From: Phoronis australis
Taxonomy: Eukaryota > Animalia > Phoronida
Direction: 5' to 3'
DNA: 64,000 nucleotides
Assembly: GCA_002633005.1 (NCBI GenBank)
Contig: NMRA01000986.1
Location: forward strand, 2,411 to 66,410
Positions 38,701 through 52,300 of this stretch are shown here, piece by piece; position 1 is the stretch's first letter; every line of letters begins with the position of its first letter. Made by a program: the position numbers and the translations under genes. The notes under the pieces were generated by a model, which was given only the letters and a program-made list of their open reading frames with translations, was not told the DNA's origin and made no database searches.

Positions 38701-39600
38701 AACAAACTCACCAGAAATGAAAAGGGTCCGATTCCTTTCCCAGACCCTCTTTGACTATCGTGACTTTGTCCGTGAGCACCGCTTGTTGAACTCACGGCTG
38801 TTCAGCCCTTAACGGATTATTCTACTAGCAGTCGTTTTATGCTTAAAATGACTTCACCTGGGTCCAGCTAGACTCATCGTAGGTCCAACTAGATTCATCC
38901 TTTTCGCACGTTCAGAATGAGGGGCTACTCGTGACAATGTGTGTATGTGGTTTTCATATACTTGCACGAGTGAGAATACTGCCAGGGCGCTGTTAACGAA
39001 CTGAGTCCTCCTAGTATAGTTATGTCACCTGTTTTTGATTAATTATTTTTGAAACTAGATTTTCGGTTGAAGTAGGCCTAATGAAGCTGGGCAACAACAT
39101 GAATGCTCGGTAAGTCGCACGTTTATGTGGACGTTGACACGAATCATTTATCACCGATAGCAGCTACATGTAGTAAATTACATAACGTTCTTCAATGTCA
39201 AGTGTGCGCCTTAAATTTGACTTCTATGTCACTCATCTGCGATGTATTTTTCCATTTATGCTAATTTAAAGTGTAACTTTTCTATTTCGCGCTCATTGTA
39301 GCTCGATACATTGAAATAAAATGCGACTTCTGAAAATTGTAGGTGAGATGACGCATATACGTTTTCCACTTATTCACAACGCACAGACCAAAGTTTCCTT
39401 AAACACATCCCTTAATAACCACCTTTACAAAAAATCACTTACCTGAAATGATAAAGACTTGTTACTTGGTCCCTGTCCGTCTCACGTGTGTTGCCGAGCG
39501 GCTATCCGCTACAATATATATTGTTCTGTTACTGGCAGCCAGGAAATTACATCACTGAAGACTTCACATGAGTCTGACTAGACTCAAAACACACAGGAAG
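35770..39600 (-). repeat. Three diverged tandem copies of a short-exon cassette (A ~35770-36560 plus 32150-32280, B ~37280-38010, C ~38620-39600)
   Basis: Shared ordered blocks ctcaccttgggtcca, atacttgc, gaaactag, aatgctc(a/g)g; cttacctgaaatga and ctgactagactc in A and C; aaactcaccagaaatga...cagaccctc in B and C. Confidence 0.8.
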
Positions 39601-41875
39601 ACTATACGATAAGTCTCCTATGGCTCGCAGTCCGACTTTTTCTTTTAGGGTTTTGTTTATCGGTGTCGATGGATTACGACTGGTATGGGCCTTAGAAATC
39701 GATCACTTTGACAAAAAAGCGAACGTGTTAATTAAGCGGGGGATACGAGCGCACGCATTCGAGTTAATTGATGTCATGCCTAAATGAGTTTTGTTGATCC
39801 AAAGCAAGTATTTGCTCCATTCACAATAAGCTGGCTTTTGAGGGTGTTTTTGTGTCTGTTCGAATACAATAAATGGAATGCAATAAAAAACTTGTTGGAT
39901 GTGCCGTTCATGCCCTCTAGGGAAGAATATTAAATGCAAACAAAAGTCTTTCGCTGAGTCCATGGAAGACTCTGTCGCTGCCTATATCATAACCACATAC
40001 ATGTATAAATCCTGGCAGATAATCTCCACGTTATCTGTAGTCAACAGTCGAGGTTTATTCAACCTACCATTTCATTGTATGCTGTAGTTTCAATAGCGTG
40101 ACACCGAGGGCGCTGGCCCACATGACCAATTCAGTGTTTTCCTGAACAGGCAAATGTTTATTTAGACCTTCGTTTTGAGTGTCAATATTTTACCAAATTC
40201 TCCGGAAAATGACCTAGACATACAGTCACTTCGTCATTCATTCTGAACGCCTTTTAGCGCTCCTTAAACTGAAGTCGTTGCACTACTTTTAGGGATTTCT
40301 GTTTGGACCGCTTTGCGTCCTCTCACTTACGATGGGTGACCAAGGAATTAGTCAAAAAATGTTTCGTGAATTCAATGAATCTTTTATACTTAATGATTAA
40401 AGGCCTTTAAAATCCTTATCTCAAAGTACATTCTAGTTAAAAAAATTAAACATAGTTACCAAATTAAGTAATATGTAACACGGCATAATGCTCACATCCT
40501 TTCTGTTGTCAAACTTAAAGCCTTTTTTGCACAATTTTGAACCTCGGCCGAGATCGTAAAATCCTCGACTATTCTTGTCTATTTCCGTGACATGAGTTCC
40601 AGTGTGTCAGTTCAGGAACGATTCCTGAATACCAGGCAAGTTGTCCTTGAAAACGTATTGTCATGACCGTCAGCGTAAATGCGTTGTTTCTTTGTTTGGT
40701 TGTTTGTGATTCCCATTTTGGTTCTTTTTATACAAATTTGATTATTTATTTCATAATCTAGGTGTTCTTTGCATATTACGAATGGTATTAATGCATAACC
40801 ATACGTTTGAAGTACCGTCGCAATGTCTCCGTCGTGGCCAACGCTCGGCTACTAATTGAGGGTACTTCAAATTAGCAACAGTACCCGTTGAGGTAATAAC
40901 TTAGAGGGAAACAGTTTCTTGATCAACAGATGTCTTATCCTTATTGCCATATCTTGAAACTGATGCAAAGTACCAATCTGAAGTGTCACGGTGACTACCC
41001 GGACGTGTGACTTCAGTGCGTAATTGGCGGCAAATTCTCACCGGCTCTACTGGCCCGTTAAAAATGTAACATAGAAAAAAAAACACCCACAAACGGCGAT
41101 GTTTTGACAAAAAAAAACAAAGTTTTATCTCAAAACAAAGAGTTCCATATCCGACGTGGAACACATTGTGTGCTTGATTTGGCTAAGTGGGAATTATTCG
41201 TTTTACTTAAACTCGTTAATACTTATGTTATACCATTTGGCACCATGACAAGTTTTCTACCTGAAATTATTTCGCCACCAAATGGTAGCCCATTATCTTG
41301 GTAGTCAGCCGCCCGACCGTAGCGAAGTCGCTTCTAAACTTATTTCCCATCTTTTCGCAAGTTTAACTGTCAGAATATTCTAACTGTATAGCAATTTTAT
41401 TCAATAATTTTATGTTGCATGTTCATTGTTCTGTTTATACTGTTTGTTTACCAGAGTTAATTAAACCCAGTAAAACACGGTTAGCCTAGCCCGCCATGGT
41501 CGGCCTCCGTTGCTCAATCGTTGTCGCAGCCTGTTAATAGTCCCTAATTTAATACAGTGTACAAGTGCCATAAAATATCTTTGTAAGTATACGGCATTGA
41601 TGATTTAAACCATTTATTCTGATAAAACAGCCGGGAACAGCACGCCTTCATCTTTTGTCAGTGCGAATGGTCTCGATCGATCTGCACCGGGTCATCGGCT
41701 GCAGGTCCAAGCCCGGCAAAATAATTTCTGTCAAAACTTATTTTGCCACATTTTGTTAACATTTTCAGTACAAATTGTCCCTATTTTGGTTTTTATAAAA
41801 GTTGAAGTCCGCTGTTATTTCATCCCCGTTTGCAGGCTGGTAACAGACACTGCTCCAGTCGTACAGCCGGAGTAT

Positions 41876-43389
41876 AGACCTAATTCATGCTGACAGGAGG
41901 CGCGTTCCAAAACGAAGCTCGCTACGATAGCTCTGTTGGCTTATCCGCATAGTTGTATTCCACGTGGTGCTCTAACGGCTATAAAAAATACCGACAATTG
42001 CCTGTTTTACAATCCCTAAGAACGTTGAGATTCGGAAGCGTTGGGTCGATGCCATACGCCGCGACGAAGGAAAATATCTCCGTGTAAAATTTATCAATGT
42101 TTTCGGATAGTTAGATCCTATTGCCGCATTTCGGTTGCCGAGCATCATAGCAACCCAAGAGAATCTTCGACCAGCAAGGCTGTGTTTTCATGACTACGGC
42201 GGGTTGAAACATGATGAATTTTTCTTTCCAAAAAGGACAGGGCCGGCTCTCAATCCCTCGATTTTGGGGCCAAATATCGGCCCTATTCCCCTCTCAAAAA
42301 TATTGAAACATCACGCGAAGTTCCTTCCAACGCCGGAGGCCTAAAAATTCCCTTGCAGTGCCTGAAAATTTCTCTCCGAAGTTCAAATCACCTGTAACCA
42401 CAAAGGTCAAAATTTCAAAGAGCACAAAATGCTACTTGAGACAGAGCCTATGAGGGCTTGCAACCGGGCGGGAGTGCTATTAATGGTGATCGGGAGGTAG
42501 ATTTTCCCCTCACTCGGCGAAAATTCCCCTCTCCGGCATAAGGCACAGGGGCCTTTCCCTTCGGATGAACGAGGCCCCTGAAGAAACATGATAACTGTGC
42601 TTGCTCTGTCCAATTAACTGAAATTGAGCTCTAAAACGGGGTTATGATTTGGACGAAAAAAATAATTAGGTGTTTTAATTTTAAAATTCAACTCGGTCCA
42701 GATTGATATTTGAAATTGGCCTAACACGTAAAATAGAAGTAATAATTAAAACCAAGGAAGCAGAATTGATTGTGAAATGATTTTTATTTTCAACTTTTAT
42801 TTTAATAAAAATATATTTAGTAACATCATGTATTCTTTCAGATCAATGACAAATCAACTGTCAGTTCCGGTAGTCCTGAGGACCTAGGCTATACTGAGTA
42901 TGCTTGATGTTAATATTCTTGATCAACAAATTAAACCAGATGTGACAAATTGCACATGACAGCAAAATGCGATGAGCCACCTCTGTCGAATATAGCTTCA
43001 ACTCGTGAACAATACGAGCAGATGACCCTGATAGTGTATAAAGCATCTTTATCAACAATTTATAAGAAGAAACGTAACCCTACATTCAGCATAATACCTA
43101 TCTGTAACACTACGAACACCGCAATTTGATCATATTTACTTTTCATGTTTCGAACCTAGTTTTCCGAAAAAAACTTATGCCGTTTCGTCAGACAACTCTT
43201 TGGTGCATTGACATGTTCTCTGATTTATTTTTCTACGTCTATGTGTTTATCATTGACACATTCTTAGGATTTAATATCGAGATTGAACTCGAAGGACCGG
43301 CTATTTAGCTCACGCAATGTTAATTTCAGCTTTGTTTATTGCAGTTAGCCTCGCTTTGGATTTTAATATCTGCCGCGTGAGTTGGGTCT
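41876..43389 (+). mobile_element. Degenerate ISL2EU-type (PIF/Harbinger-related) element with THAP relic
   Basis: TIR AGACCTAATTCATGC / GCGTGAGTTGGGTCT with AT on both flanks. THAP-like C..P.CSNG...FTIPKNVEIRKRWVDAIRRDEGK at 41940-42083; PHD-like relic (CSYC...SCAICHIWF) on the - strand at ~42930-43030. Confidence 0.75.
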
Positions 43390-44689
43390 ATAGACCACTT
43401 AAGCCTGGGTTCCTGAATGAATTGTACTTCCGGTTTTGCGTTTAGTTCAAAATGGCGGAGTGACCTTCGGGTCGGAATCGTGAGTGACGCGTTTATTTAA
43501 ACTTTCTTCGACCAGGGATCGTGTATTAGTTATGGGATAAGTACTGCGTTGTTCCTTATAACGTCTTCTAACCATTTAATAAGGATTAAATACGTGTGCT
43601 TCTGGGACTTTAATATTACAGTTGGCATTTTGCCACTGATCCGTCCAATAATGTGATTGGATCTTTATTTACTATTGGCCTAACTATAAATAAATGATGC
43701 TAAACAAGCTGTGGTTGCTGGGGGGAAGAAGGGGGGTGGTGGCACACAAGTATCATTCAACAGCACAGGTGGCACTGAACAGCAGCGGCCAATTTGCGCT
43801 ATCAAAACATTAAAATCTAGGGGTAGGCCAGGTTGGGGGCATTTTTAGTTAGCTGTTATATGTAGGCAAAGTGAAATAAATGTGTTTTTTTGTATTTGTG
43901 AACATGTTGAGAAAGACAAAAAGACCACTAGCTCGGCTGTAGAAGCAGTTTTCTTCACGATTTCAAGCTGGTGGCCCCCTGTTGCAATTGCGCATTGCTG
44001 GGTAGCAACTGAGAAATTGGCCGCAATTTCAGGTAACCCTTAAAAAAGTCAAATTTGCAAAATAACTAGTTGGTGACAGTACAGTTGGACCATATTTTAT
44101 GGGTCGGTACAAAAGTTGTTTTCGGAGTCTTATGTTGGCTTTAGTCGAGCATTTCCATGGAAGTGGTGGGCTTGGGATGAAAAGTGCCGATTTTGCGGTT
44201 TTTTGCACCTATTTTTCTTAGTTTAGCCTAGTCTTCAGTGGGAGTGAAAGGGTCAAAAATACAAGAGAGAATAAAGTTTCTGTGATCCTCTGTAGTGCTT
44301 GAGATGGGAAATGACTAAAAACTTCATATGCAATTTTCGACAGAGTAAAGAACACAGGGGCGGAGTTAACGGGGGGCAGGGAACAGGAATAACCAGAATT
44401 TCGCCACATGCGCGCACCCAACTTGAAATTTAGGGATGCAGAGGACTTGAACCATTGAGTCAATGAACCTTATGACTAAAAATGGGTAAACGGGGTTTGT
44501 TCAAAGCCATGCATTGTGCATTAGCCCCCCCTCCCCCCAGGGTGCACGCATATGCCAGTCACCCATTCGCGCCTCAAAATGCCAAATGGAAACTGGGAAA
44601 ATTTTAGGGGTGCCATGGCCCCCTTGACCCTCCTTATTCCGCAACTGGAAAAGGTGAACAATCAATTGACATGTGGTCTGATAGGCAAA

Positions 44690-45400
44690 CTCCTGTGAGA
44701 ACTTTTGTGTTCCGTCACACGTTTTATAACTGTTTGATGTAACCTCGGCAGCCATTCGTTAGCTTTACATCTAGGAAATGAAATGGCGGACTGTCACCGA
44801 TTTTTGCCTTTTCAATATCTTTGCGAATCAAATTTTCTCTCTACTGCAGATACTCGATTCTGCCGAGCTACATGTAATAGCCGCGTGCCTGGCTGCCGAT
44901 TTAACACGTGTGCCATTCACATTGTGTGAATACAGGACAGCAAGTTAGACAAAATTCAGCGAAAAATGCACACCGAAAAGACGCAACCACAACTTTCCGA
45001 TTCACATTTCTTGAACATATTCCAATTAAACTCCGACTTGGCTTTTCAAAAGACCGCAAACGATATCCACATTTACACTTCCTCCATCAGCCATGCAAGT
45101 TTGTTTAGGTAAAGCGCTATCTGTTGAAAATTCGCCTTTTCGATCTGAAAAGTCCACACGACCAATACTAGTTTCATATGAATGGCCAAAAAAGCTGGAG
45201 CGAACAGTAGCTCAAAAGCTACCGTTTTGGTCAGATAGAGGAACTGCCCGCGTTGGGGTATTTTAGCAACACATGTCCCTTTGTTTCCAAATCTCTTGAG
45301 TCGCTAAAATGAAGTAAAAACGCGTTTATATTCTGCCATAAATGGATTGATGTGACGACCTAACAAATGTCCCTCGCCCCTACGCATGTGGGTCCATTTA
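44690..45400 (-). mobile_element. Inverted, diverged copy of the 58214-58807 MITE
   Basis: gtaacctcggcagccattcgttagctttaca, taatagccgcgtgc and tccatcag...gtaaagcgct are reverse complements of 58700-58730, 58597-58610 and 58320-58375. Confidence 0.7.
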
Positions 45401-45917
45401 AGCACACGGTCTGGCTACAGAAATGCTTTAACAAAAACTCCAGTAGTTTTGGAGCAACTCAAAGTTTCAGCATTGCGCTAGAAAAGTTGCCCTCACATTC
45501 CAGGCGTTTTGCCTCTACAGTACAGACACTGAATTATTAGAGTCTCTCCGCTGTCTCTCCGGTCTAGCCACCCGTGACCGTAACCGGATACAGACCGGAG
45601 AGTGAGGCGTGAATCAACCGTGACAGCTGGCGTGATTCTAAGCGTGACTGTATCGGGAGCTTACCATGAGTTAGGCGTGAACGAAGCGCGAGCCAGTCGT
45701 GAGCCAGCTAGGCGTGAGTTTACTTGCATCGCAGATGAAAAAGTAATTTATTAAAAATTATATCAGTAACTGGCAGTGATGTGTGTATTCTCATAGACTT
45801 TTGCTCATGTGAGGTTTAATTTTTTTTTAAATCGTCACGTGCAGTAAAAGACCAAAATTTCCGTCTCAAATATTAAGTCACTTCAGGAAACAGACCTGTG
45901 GACTTTATTTCTCACTG

Positions 45918-45952
45918 ATATATAATTATATATATATATATATATATATATA
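45918..45952. repeat. (TA)n microsatellite
   Basis: Direct reading. Confidence 0.9.
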
Positions 45953-46563
45953 ATTTGTTTTTATATAAACTAATAAAGAATCTTAACACGCGTGTAAATG
46001 GCGGAAATATTCAATTGCCTTCACTATATGAAGGAGCATAGCATGTCAATTCTGAGTACATTGATCCCAAGTTCCGGCATCATGCGGAGAAAACTGATCG
46101 CGCCCATGCATTTGACGAGTCAAACAGATGACCGCTTTATTATTTTAGTGACGAATTACTCCGGGGATACCGTGTACTCAGTCGAAACGCATGTACTACT
46201 GAGATGGGGGCTACAAATAATTGAACTGCACTACGTATTGAGGACTTTTAAGTCAAAACATTTGCTTGCAGTAAGGGATGGGTATGTCAGAAGGGCGGCC
46301 TATTGAAATTGTCTGTAAGCCAGTACGGTGCAAAAATTTACAGAGTGACACAATAGTTCACAAGATGCGTAGGCTATTTTTATGGCGAATAACTATATCC
46401 ACCAGTGACAAGTTTCAAGGAGTCCACAGCCATGTAAAGATGACTCTGGACACAGCGTCGCGTTCATTCGTATTTACTAACCGTGGTTACTGTACATTTA
46501 TGTCGTGGATGTGACTGGCTCTTACATGTAAGTCGTAAATTGAACATGTACATGTAAGTGTAA

Positions 46564-47575
46564 CACATCATTCCTAGAAAACAGTCGCCCAGACATCTGG
46601 GTATACTGCTAGATGAAAAACTCTCATTCACCCCTCACGTTCGGGAGCTCCAACAAAAAACTCAGGAACTAATTAACCCACTTAAGCTTGTCTCTCGTCA
46701 TCTGAATTCTACACATTTAGAAGTTTTGTTCAAATCCTTTGTACTTCCACACATTGATTATTGTGACATTATATATCAGTCTGCCAATACGGGTGCACTC
46801 CAACATTTGGAGAAGTTACTATCAAGCCGCGTTACTCATAACCGGAGCTTACAGGGGATCCAATAGTGTTAAGGTTTTGAATAGTCTCAAGTGGCCCAAA
46901 CTGTCTACTCGACGCAATATTCACATGACCACGTTTACTTTCAAGGTAATAAACAATGTCAACAACGTGTCTGTCAAAAAAATATTTGATCTATATACTA
47001 GACAAGGCCATCGTAGTGATTTGAGATCCTCCACCCCATATGCAATTCCTCCGTCGTTCAGTCAGGCATTCAGAAGGTCTACAGTCATGATGTGCATCAA
47101 CAACTGGAATTCTCTTCCAGTCTCTGTTAAGGAAAGCAACTCTTTTACGAGTATAAAAAATAATTTTAGAACTGTTTTTCATAATTTTGATAACTCAACA
47201 CCCTTGACTCAATTCTCCCTTACCCGCGATAACGAAATAGCATTGTACAGATCAAGATGTGGCCTTTTCCTCAACTCTGACAAGTTCAGGCACAACTTTA
47301 GTAATGTATCTCCAAACTGTAAATGTGGTGACCATCAATCTTATCCTCATATTTTCTTCAAATGTCCCCTCATCGAATCCCTGAGAGACTCACTCTTTCG
47401 TGCACTCAATGATAACCAATCAGTTGTTAACGCTCTCAATTCTTGTAATAATATCCCTACTAGAGTTACATTATTACTGAATGGTAGTCCTAACCTTGAC
47501 TTTGTTCTTAACGAATTCCTCCTAGGCAACGTTAGCAAATTTTTATATACCGTTTATCAATATTGTTGCATCTGA
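46564..47575 (+). mobile_element. 5'-truncated CR1/L2-group non-LTR retrotransposon (end of RT, thumb region, C-terminal zinc knuckle) with one frameshift
   Basis: HLGILLDEKLSFTPHV...LFKSFVLPHIDYCDIIY...LEKL, frameshift at ~46818, then YQAALLITGA...LKWPKLSTRR...WNSLP...LYRSRCG..LNSDKFR..CKCGDHQSYPHIFFKCP. Confidence 0.92.
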
Positions 47576-49309
47576 TTTCCCTACATGAATCTGTAAATAT
47601 TTTTGTTTTTATATATCTGTAATAGCATGTCTAAGTATTGGAATACTTATTTTAGATACTACTTAATTGTATATACCTCTATGTATATAAGTTTCATTTA
47701 TGAATTGTTTACAACCCAGATATAATGCTTCGCGGTTTCTGGGTTTGTTATTATTTCTTTGTATGTTCTGTGTACCCTTCAATAAATATATATCACAGTG
47801 AAAAAAAGTGTAACACAAGACGAGCTGAAGAAAGACGTTTGTATGAACAACACGTGAAGTTACAGAGTTAGTCGGAACCCAAGTGTGATAGATGACTGCT
47901 TGCAAAGATACTCTATAATATACTATAATGTCTTTGCAACTTGACCGAAAAGACAAACAATCAAGACGTTACATGTATTTTACTGGTTAGCCCGGTGCCC
48001 GACCATGGTTACGACATCTACCAAAGGCGTGAAGAAAGCGTGAGGTAAGCGTTAACGAGGCGTGAGGAAGGCGTTAACTAAACCGGGGGTAAGCATGAGG
48101 ACTACCCGGAGAGTAGGCGTGAGGCGACCGTGACTGATTTCTGTCACGCCTGCGTTCCGGTTGCGCTCCGGTCTGGCCAGCGTGAGGTAACTCGGACGAA
48201 GTCTAAAAATTCATTGGTTGTACTGTAGCGTTGTGGCCAGCATATGAATTGGGCGGGTATCTTAGCTGAGAGGCCTTTCGCAGGTACAGTGTACACGTAA
48301 GGTTTGTATTTCAGGGCCGTAGGAGGCAGGGGTGGAGGGGGAGGAAGTGCCCCCCCCCCCAATTTTTTCAGGCGTCATGGTTAAACCGTGGCAACCGACA
48401 TAGGCATAGTGCCGGGGACAGTCGAGAAAAGAATGACTGCGAATACATCTACGGATAAGAGAGGAAATTCAAGCGAATATTTTACAACTTAGTATCAGTG
48501 TATGCTTTAGTTTTTGATGGCCCAGGCCATAATATTGTTGTTAGGCGGTGTCATCCAAACGTACTTGAAAACATGCATCTAATGATTCATATTTGTAGTT
48601 CGAAAATCAGAGAAAATTGTGAATTAAATATGACAATTTTGCGAATGTAAAACTATGTTTTCCGGAGGACCCTATTTGGAAAAGTGTAAAGGAAACAGCT
48701 GTAGCTCTTTTTGTTTTTTTTTCTCGAAATTGTAATGTATATCACTTGAGAAAAATTGATGACCTGAAAGATAATATCACTTGTTGCCCATCTCCAGAAC
48801 TTTGAAAATATATTTTTTTTAATATTTAGAGGCCATCCCCTGAAAGGGGAAATTGTCGACACTCAAGTGGCCACCCTTTTCATGAGTTTCTTGACAAATT
48901 CTTGAGGGGCCGGTCACGGAGAGAGGAACCAGTGTTTGAATTGATTTTCTCTATTTTCCTGTTTTTTGTGAGGTCGTTACTCTTATCCCAGTTTAATGAT
49001 GTTTAGCCTTTCATCTTAAGGTAACCCATTTCAGATGGAGCCCTCTCTCGGTGAGGCGGTTCATGGAAATTGTCCCTTCGTCTCCCTATGAATGTAAGTC
49101 TGACACTGCCAAGAATTCACGGAGGGAAGTTAAGATTTAAAATTCATCAAAAACACGAAATAATCGTCCACAGTGCAGCAGTATTAAGACACTACACTCA
49201 ATCAACCGAAAGTGCCCTTTCGCTGTGTGATGAATCTTTGAACGCAATTGTCACGCCCTTAATGCTGGGAGTTAAGCCCAGTGACCTCTTACTAGGATCT
49301 GCCAATTAT

Positions 49310-52300
49310 TGTGCTTTGTGAACCTCTTCATTCTTCGTGCCATGGGCATTGTATCTGGGCTGTGTTTCGTGCCGTCTTTACCACGTTATAATAAATTTAT
49401 TGTAATATCCAGAAGGCAGCTTACCTAAGCCTAAAAAACGATTGACATACCAACCTGGACTCACCAAGCCAGCGCTGTTTAGTGAGTGTTTACTTTTTGT
49501 GTGGTTCTCAGTTGTTTGAAACAGTGTTTGCTGGTGTGTGCAGGTGCCTTCTCCGATCAATCCAGGTTCGACTACGGAACTGTGATTTGAGTTGTCAATT
49601 TGAATCCACGGTGGGACATAATAATCCACCCTCCGGCATGGATCCTACAACAGTGATGTCCATCAAATCAAAATCTAAAACCTGCAGCAAGGGGTGTGCT
49701 CAATATGGAACATATTTTATCTTCAAATACCAACAAGGATACCTTATATATGCTTATATAAAATGTGGCAACATGTTCCAACTTTGGACGAGACCTTGGC
49801 ATTTGCTTCACTTATCGGGAAAAGCTCTAGTTACTATTCCAGAACGTTGGCAACCTGGCCTCTGATCACGAAGCAGCTGACACCGAAATGCTTTTCATGC
49901 AAGTTATTCATACACCTGTATGAAAGCGTCACTATTCGAAGTTATTCTTCAGTACAAAATGTGGAAGGAAGAATAACTGCGGACTAACTGATGTTGAGAA
50001 AGCTAATGACAATACATTGTATGTCATCTGACGTCTGCTCAGCTCTGATTGGCTTGCATGTCTTTACAGGTAAGGGTTAGTCTAATTTCATTCAAATTCG
50101 TATGACATATCAGGTTATTCTAAATTTATTTTGATGAAATAAGATTGATTAAACAAAAATCAAAAATCCACTATATGCAAACTTGTTAAGAGTCATTGCA
50201 TGAGAAAGTCAGGCAGATGCGGGAACATGACATATCACGGATTTTTTTTTGAAATATAGCTTAGTTTTACTCTTAGGTGGAATGGTCAACACCTAAAATA
50301 ATTTTATTTAAAACATCTAACTTCTTCACAGAAAACTGCCACCTCGAAATTTTTGGCTAGTTTATGGCTTCGGAAACCATCAAATTTTAGCATTTTTGTT
50401 GCATCACTGTGCAAAAACGACAAATAAACAGAAACTATAGAAATTTTTTGTCAACACCATACAAACACAGAAGAAACAGAAAGTGCTCTGGCATTATGGT
50501 TCCAGGGATGTTGATAATATGTAATATATAAAATAAAAAACCTTTAGGTGGTGCAGCATACATTATATTCGTCTGAAACAAGACAATCGCTGTCACATTC
50601 TTGCCAAATTCCATACATCAAGATACTTGGTTGATACAGAACCGCTAGAGGATGCAACAACACTCAGACATGTCCTAAAATTTATGCCGGGCATACTCTC
50701 CTCAGTAATGTAACACATACATCAAATTGCACCCAGATTCATCAAAAGAACTTTGTAAATATTGCAGTGCAGATAAACAATCAAATTGCCACTCCGGGCG
50801 TCTCGGTGATTGCACCCATCAGAAAACCTGTCAGTCGTGATCATCTCAATAGGAACACATGAGCAAAATTTCAGAGCTATCCTCCGAGCAATTTTAAGGA
50901 CATAGCGGCTGCTGGCAGAAAAAAATAATATTTAGTTGCACAGAATGTTTTAAATCAAGCCGAAAATAGCTTCAACACAACAAATATACCATATTGCACG
51001 AAAATACATCAATAAACTTGGTAGATATAGAGGCATACATAAAGAAAACCTAAATTGCCCTTAAGCAGTGCTGTGGTGGCATGCAGGCACAGGTAGGCGC
51101 AACCAACCACCTTTTGGCATTTGAACGTAGTGCCTACGCACCATAAGTTACGCTCAGTGCTCAAGATGATACGGTGGGCTTTGGGCGCCTACTTACCTTA
51201 AAGTTTACCCCTACAACACTGCCATTAAAGGGCACCATAGGAGATCGTCCAATCAACAATCAGTGTCAGTCGTGCTCATCTCAATGGCAATGTTTCTGTA
51301 CAGATTACATAGATACGCCAGGAAGTAGTCCATTGGCATGCTACCAGAACAACAATTGTCAAATACTTTTGAACACCACTACACACCTAATTGTAAGCTG
51401 ATTCCTGTTCACACAAATCAAACACAGCTTTTGCAACCAATAATCAATTCAAAAACTCACGTGACTAAGAATCATATGCATGACTCAGGGAAGAGTGTGT
51501 GAGGACCGTTTAAAGGTAACGAAGCTGGATGCAACACCAGGAGCCATGCTTTTTGGATGGTATCCATGTTTTGTTAAATCACAAAATGAGCTTACAAAAT
51601 CCAAATGCTGTGGTCATAAGTGAGTTGTACTGTTTGAATGGTCTGATTGATGCATTAATCCACGAAAAAAAATCCAGCATAAATTTGTGCGAATGTCCAA
51701 GCCATGGCTGCGTAGGCTGTTGAGTAGCATGTTCCACAACAGCTTCCTTTTTTGTTGGGTTGTAATACAGGTATAAAACATCACACAGCGCATTTCCATG
51801 TTGACAATTAAGTCAACTTGGAACAGTCAGTGGCTAAAATGCACAACAAAAGTTATATGTCAAACTTATGGATTCCGCAACCACTAGTTCCACTGGTTTG
51901 CAATCAGAAGAAGGATTAGCCAAAACCACCCCATCTCCGATCCCATATGCTTTCAAAGCAACCACTTTTCTAGTTGAATTAGGTGACTTAGTTGTAAGCA
52001 TTAGAGCACAAGTCCTTTTTAAAAATCAAATTATGAAAGAATATTCCATTCCATCAAATACTTAACTTTTGTTTCAGACCTCATACACAACTGAAACTAG
52101 TTCTCAGATGGTATGACTAATCACAGTGAGATTTCTGAGAAAAATATGAATTGTTACGTAGCTCACCATCAAATGGGAAGTTAAGTTTACGTAGTCCTGG
52201 GATTGAGTGGTGAACACCCTTTGCATTCCTTGGGCTGCAAACGTACACCTTGGCTTACAACCTAGATACTGTCACATACGGTGCTTTGGACAATCTTTTG

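Larger units (their letters stand above)
45540..48204 (+). mobile_element. Degenerate Harbinger-like element with GCGTGA subterminal repeats, interrupted by a LINE
   Basis: Both ends carry many GCGTGA/ACCGGA repeats and a weak TIR. 46278-46490 gives MSE..IEIV...SDT...ISTSDKFQGVHSHVKMTLDTAS, similar to the Harbinger N-terminal LATGDSFxSLxxxFRxxxxTVS motif. Confidence 0.5.

Noticed and set aside
38970-39545. miRNA-like words (AATACTGCC resembling miR-8/200; GCTGCCAGT resembling miR-22)
   Set aside because: Only seed-length matches, no evident precursor hairpin, not shared by the other cassette copies.
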